Position numbers and translations under genes: made by a program
Shown: in pieces, positions 53,131 through 55,410 of the stretch
How positions within the stretch are numbered: position 1 is the stretch's first letter
Layout: every line of letters begins with the position of its first letter
Assembly: GCA_013823055.1 (NCBI GenBank)
Contig: PNLN01000104.1
Span: 1 to 55,410, forward strand
Length of the DNA: 55,410 bases
Direction of reading: 5' to 3'
Source: Cyanobacteria bacterium DS2.3.42
GTDB lineage: Bacteria; Cyanobacteriota; Vampirovibrionia; Obscuribacterales; Obscuribacteraceae
The notes under the pieces: model-generated
The model's input: only the letters and a program-made list of their open reading frames with translations
Database searches by the model: none
What the model was told of the DNA's origin: nothing

Positions 53131-55410
53131 TTAGTGGCGAATTTGCAACGGATTGTATTTACCGTCGGTCATTTGCTTCTGGATATTGCCAGGCAATTTT
53201 GCATTGATTTGCTGTGCAATTTCATAGAGCTGCTTTGTATCGAGATTGCCACCATCAAGAGCGTGTGCCCGCGCGATGCAATCCAGAGCTCCATCGAATC
53301 CACGTTGTTGACCGGTCATGTCTTGTGCCATGCGGCCTGAGTTGGTATCTCCGCCGAGCAGCTTGGATGCACTTTGTGGGTCTCCGTCCTGCTTAGCATA
53401 GGCGCTGGCCAGATAGATAGTTGCAAGATCGCGGTAGAGCTTGGCTTTGTAGCGATTGTCTTGGGAGTTTTGATTTGCGGCAATGGTGTTTCTGAGATCG
53501 ACTTCGAGTTTTGCCATGTGCGTTGCATTCAGACCTTCTCCCCATTTCGCCAGTTCCTTAACGGCACCGGTCATGTCATGTTCACCATAAATCTTCGCTT
53601 CTTGAGCTTCAATACGCTTCTTGACACTGTCAAGGTCAGCGATTTCAGATTGCTCAACTCTCTTGCCGGCAATTTCTTTGCCGAGATTGTCTTGAACTTG
53701 CTTCTTCGCATTCTCTATATTGATGCGACCAATGATGAAGTCTCTGGCTGCTTTGCCGCCAATGTCGAGATTCTTGCCTTGCAATAAATAGGTTGGCGTA
53801 TCGGTGATCGTCGGCACGTGAGTTCCGTGCGCCAGACGTGACTCGGCAAATGCGGTAGTTAAGATTGCAGCACCGCGATTTGCTTCAAGCATGCTGCCGA
53901 ATTGATTGGTAGGCTTGGTTAGCCATTCGGTGCGGTATACCTGAAGGGCAGATTCGCCTCTTGCGCCCTGAACTTTGCCCATGCCATCTTTGAAGACATT
54001 GGTCCAGGCCATCAAACCAGTCGATTCGTTGCCGGTGCTTAGTTCTCCGAACTTATTGATAGCATCGTTCATCGAGCCGTCGGTGCGTTTCTTCGCATCA
54101 TCACCCAATAGCTCAAAGGCTTTGTCTTTGACGTCGGCCTGCGGTGCCGGATCCATTATGGCGTTCTTGAGACGGAATGCGCCCCATGTACCAGCCATCA
54201 ACAAACCACGCTTCCAGTTCAGTCCGGATTCGGTTGCAGCCTTCATCGGCAGCAAGAATTCAGCACCGAGCAAGACGGACTCGCCTGTGCTTTGGCGGAA
54301 ATAACGACTGTATTTTGCTTGCTCGCCTTCCGGCAGGGAAGCTCCTATGGTCTTGCCGACCAACAATGCGCCTACGCTGGTTGCAATCAAAGGCAAGGTG
54401 CGCTTTGGTCCGGCCAAGAAAGCAGCCGGCACAAGAACTGAGTTGATACTGTCGCCAATACCATTGCCATGGTTCTTACCAAAGAGCCATTTGTCTGCAT
54501 AGTGATCGGCAACCATGGTTACGCCGACAATACTGGCGCCTTTAATAAAGCTTGTTCCATAACGTCCGGCAGTTTCTTTGAACTTGCTCATCGCCGTCAC
54601 GTCGCCAACCGTAACACCGGCGGCTTTGGCTGCAGTCTGGTATTCCTCCAGAGCGGCCATTTCTTTAGCTGTAAATATTGGCTTGTGTCCAGCTTCCGTC
54701 AATCCGCGTTGAGCATTGATCGCGTCATTGACTGTGCGCAATCTTGACGGCGTCGCTTCACTGGCGGCAGAAATTGGATTCTTCGCATCAGACAGGAACT
54801 GGAAGGTGTCATGGCGCAATTTGAGAGTTTGCTGAGTAGTGGCATTCACATTGAATGCATCGACTACGGTTTGTTGAACTTTTCCTGTCTTGACCGTATC
54901 TTCCATCATCGCCAATTCTTCGGCTGTGAAAAATGCGGTCCGGCCCGCAGTGTTAGCTCGTTTGGCTGTGGCGAGTGCGCTTTCAATTTCGGCAACATTG
55001 CCGACTGACGAGGCCTTGGTGAAAGGCTCCATCATTTTGGCTCTTTCGGTAGCTACTTCTAAAGCGTCTATGACAGGCGTATGGAATGCCTTCATCTTAG
55101 AGGATAGACCATCGGCTCCATCCAAAGCTTTCCTGGCGAATTCAAGATCAGCTCTATTCCAACGAGCCGGATCGTGATTGTCTTGCCAGTAGCGTACTGC
55201 TCTTTCTCTGAAAGTAACAGGCTCAGCTTTAGCATCAAGCTTAACTGTGCTGGATACTTTATCCATAATCCACGGCACAGTGTGACGACCGAGTATGCCG
55301 CCTGCACCGCCGGCAAGTAAATTGCCGCCCCAGCCGACTGTGTTGTACTCGAGGGCTTGGTCAACGATTTTGCGCTTATTGGCTATATCTTGCTGCTGCG
55401 CCGTCATACC
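53131..55410 (-). CDS. Large uncharacterised protein with internal repeat and glycine-rich hydrophobic core; may extend beyond the window
   Basis: A 758-aa ORF from ATG 55407, but the frame is still open at the window edge. The motif G[RH]xx[FI]FTA[EK]E[LM]Axx[ML]E[DE] occurs twice. Central segments such as GASIVGVTMV, LPLIATSVGALLVGKTIGA and GLLMAGTWGAF are present. Confidence 0.6.
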   Translation of the reverse strand, partial: GMTAQQQDIANKRKIVDQALEYNTVGWGGNLLAGGAGGILGRHTVPWIMDKVSSTVKLDAKAEPVTFRERAVRYWQDNHDPARWNRADLEFARKALDGADGLSSKMKAFHTPVIDALEVATERAKMMEPFTKASSVGNVAEIESALATAKRANTAGRTAFFTAEELAMMEDTVKTGKVQQTVVDAFNVNATTQQTLKLRHDTFQFLSDAKNPISAASEATPSRLRTVNDAINAQRGLTEAGHKPIFTAKEMAALEEYQTAAKAAGVTVGDVTAMSKFKETAGRYGTSFIKGASIVGVTMVADHYADKWLFGKNHGNGIGDSINSVLVPAAFLAGPKRTLPLIATSVGALLVGKTIGASLPEGEQAKYSRYFRQSTGESVLLGAEFLLPMKAATESGLNWKRGLLMAGTWGAFRLKNAIMDPAPQADVKDKAFELLGDDAKKRTDGSMNDAINKFGELSTGNESTGLMAWTNVFKDGMGKVQGARGESALQVYRTEWLTKPTNQFGSMLEANRGAAILTTAFAESRLAHGTHVPTITDTPTYLLQGKNLDIGGKAARDFIIGRINIENAKKQVQDNLGKEIAGKRVEQSEIADLDSVKKRIEAQEAKIYGEHDMTGAVKELAKWGEGLNATHMAKLEVDLRNTIAANQNSQDNRYKAKLYRDLATIYLASAYAKQDGDPQSASKLLGGDTNSGRMAQDMTGQQRGFDGALDCIARAHALDGGNLDTKQLYEIAQQINAKLPGNIQKQMTDGKYNPLQIRH

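Overview
The 55.4-kb window has two parts.

(1) nt 1 to ~23,499 is a stretch of a tailed-phage genome, either a prophage or a phage-derived island, cut by the left window edge.
- A rightward late arm (1-12,914) carries the terminase large subunit C-terminus, portal, an acidic scaffold-like protein, a capsid candidate, fibre-like and other virion proteins, and a small lysis cassette.
- A leftward early arm (23,383 down to 12,911) converges on it. It carries an HTH regulator, a Cas4-like PD-(D/E)XK nuclease, an annealing/SSB-like protein with a long disordered acidic tail, two RHH proteins, a Rad50/SbcC-like ATPase, an SF2 helicase, a VRR-NUC nuclease and a CHC2-Toprim-SF3 primase-helicase.
- The block stops just short of the 3' end of tRNA-Glu(UUC) (23,500-23,572, minus strand), which is the likely integration site. 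No integrase and no second att copy are in the window.

(2) nt ~23,573-55,410 is chromosome of a Gram-negative-type bacterium. I cannot assign a lineage from sequence alone.
- Recognisable genes: a TIGR01212-type radical SAM protein, a ROK glucokinase, a three-gene phosphorelay (PAS histidine kinase, REC-only regulator, REC-PAS-PAS-HK-REC-REC-HPt hybrid kinase), a phosphodiester glycosidase-like protein and a solitary glyQ.
- A MoxR-DUF58-transglutaminase triad is followed by a second AAA+ ATPase, a TonB-C-domain protein and an outer-membrane barrel gene.
- Then come a patch of acidic EF-hand-type hypothetical proteins around an orphan OmpR-family regulator, a ComEC lacking the beta-lactamase domain, and a large uncharacterised protein open at the right edge.
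- I saw no CRISPR array, reverse transcriptase, integrase, transposase or rRNA.

I could not recognise a complete novel multi-gene system with confidence. The items most worth a second look are:
- two ~400-nt overlapping same-strand ORFs in the phage early arm (19,625-20,186), which may be overprinting or a +1 frameshift;
- a signal peptide separated from its outer-membrane barrel by an in-frame TGA (43,786);
- the phage annealing/SSB-like protein with a ~225-aa S/T/P/Q then acidic tail ending in ...EEDAF;
- a compact Rad50-like ATPase with a CxxC hook and no Mre11/SbcD partner;
- a pair of apparently paralogous acidic proteins flanking the orphan response regulator;
- the 758+ aa repeat-containing, glycine-zipper-like protein at the right edge.

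All functional calls rest on motif recognition by eye and on gene context. No database search was run.
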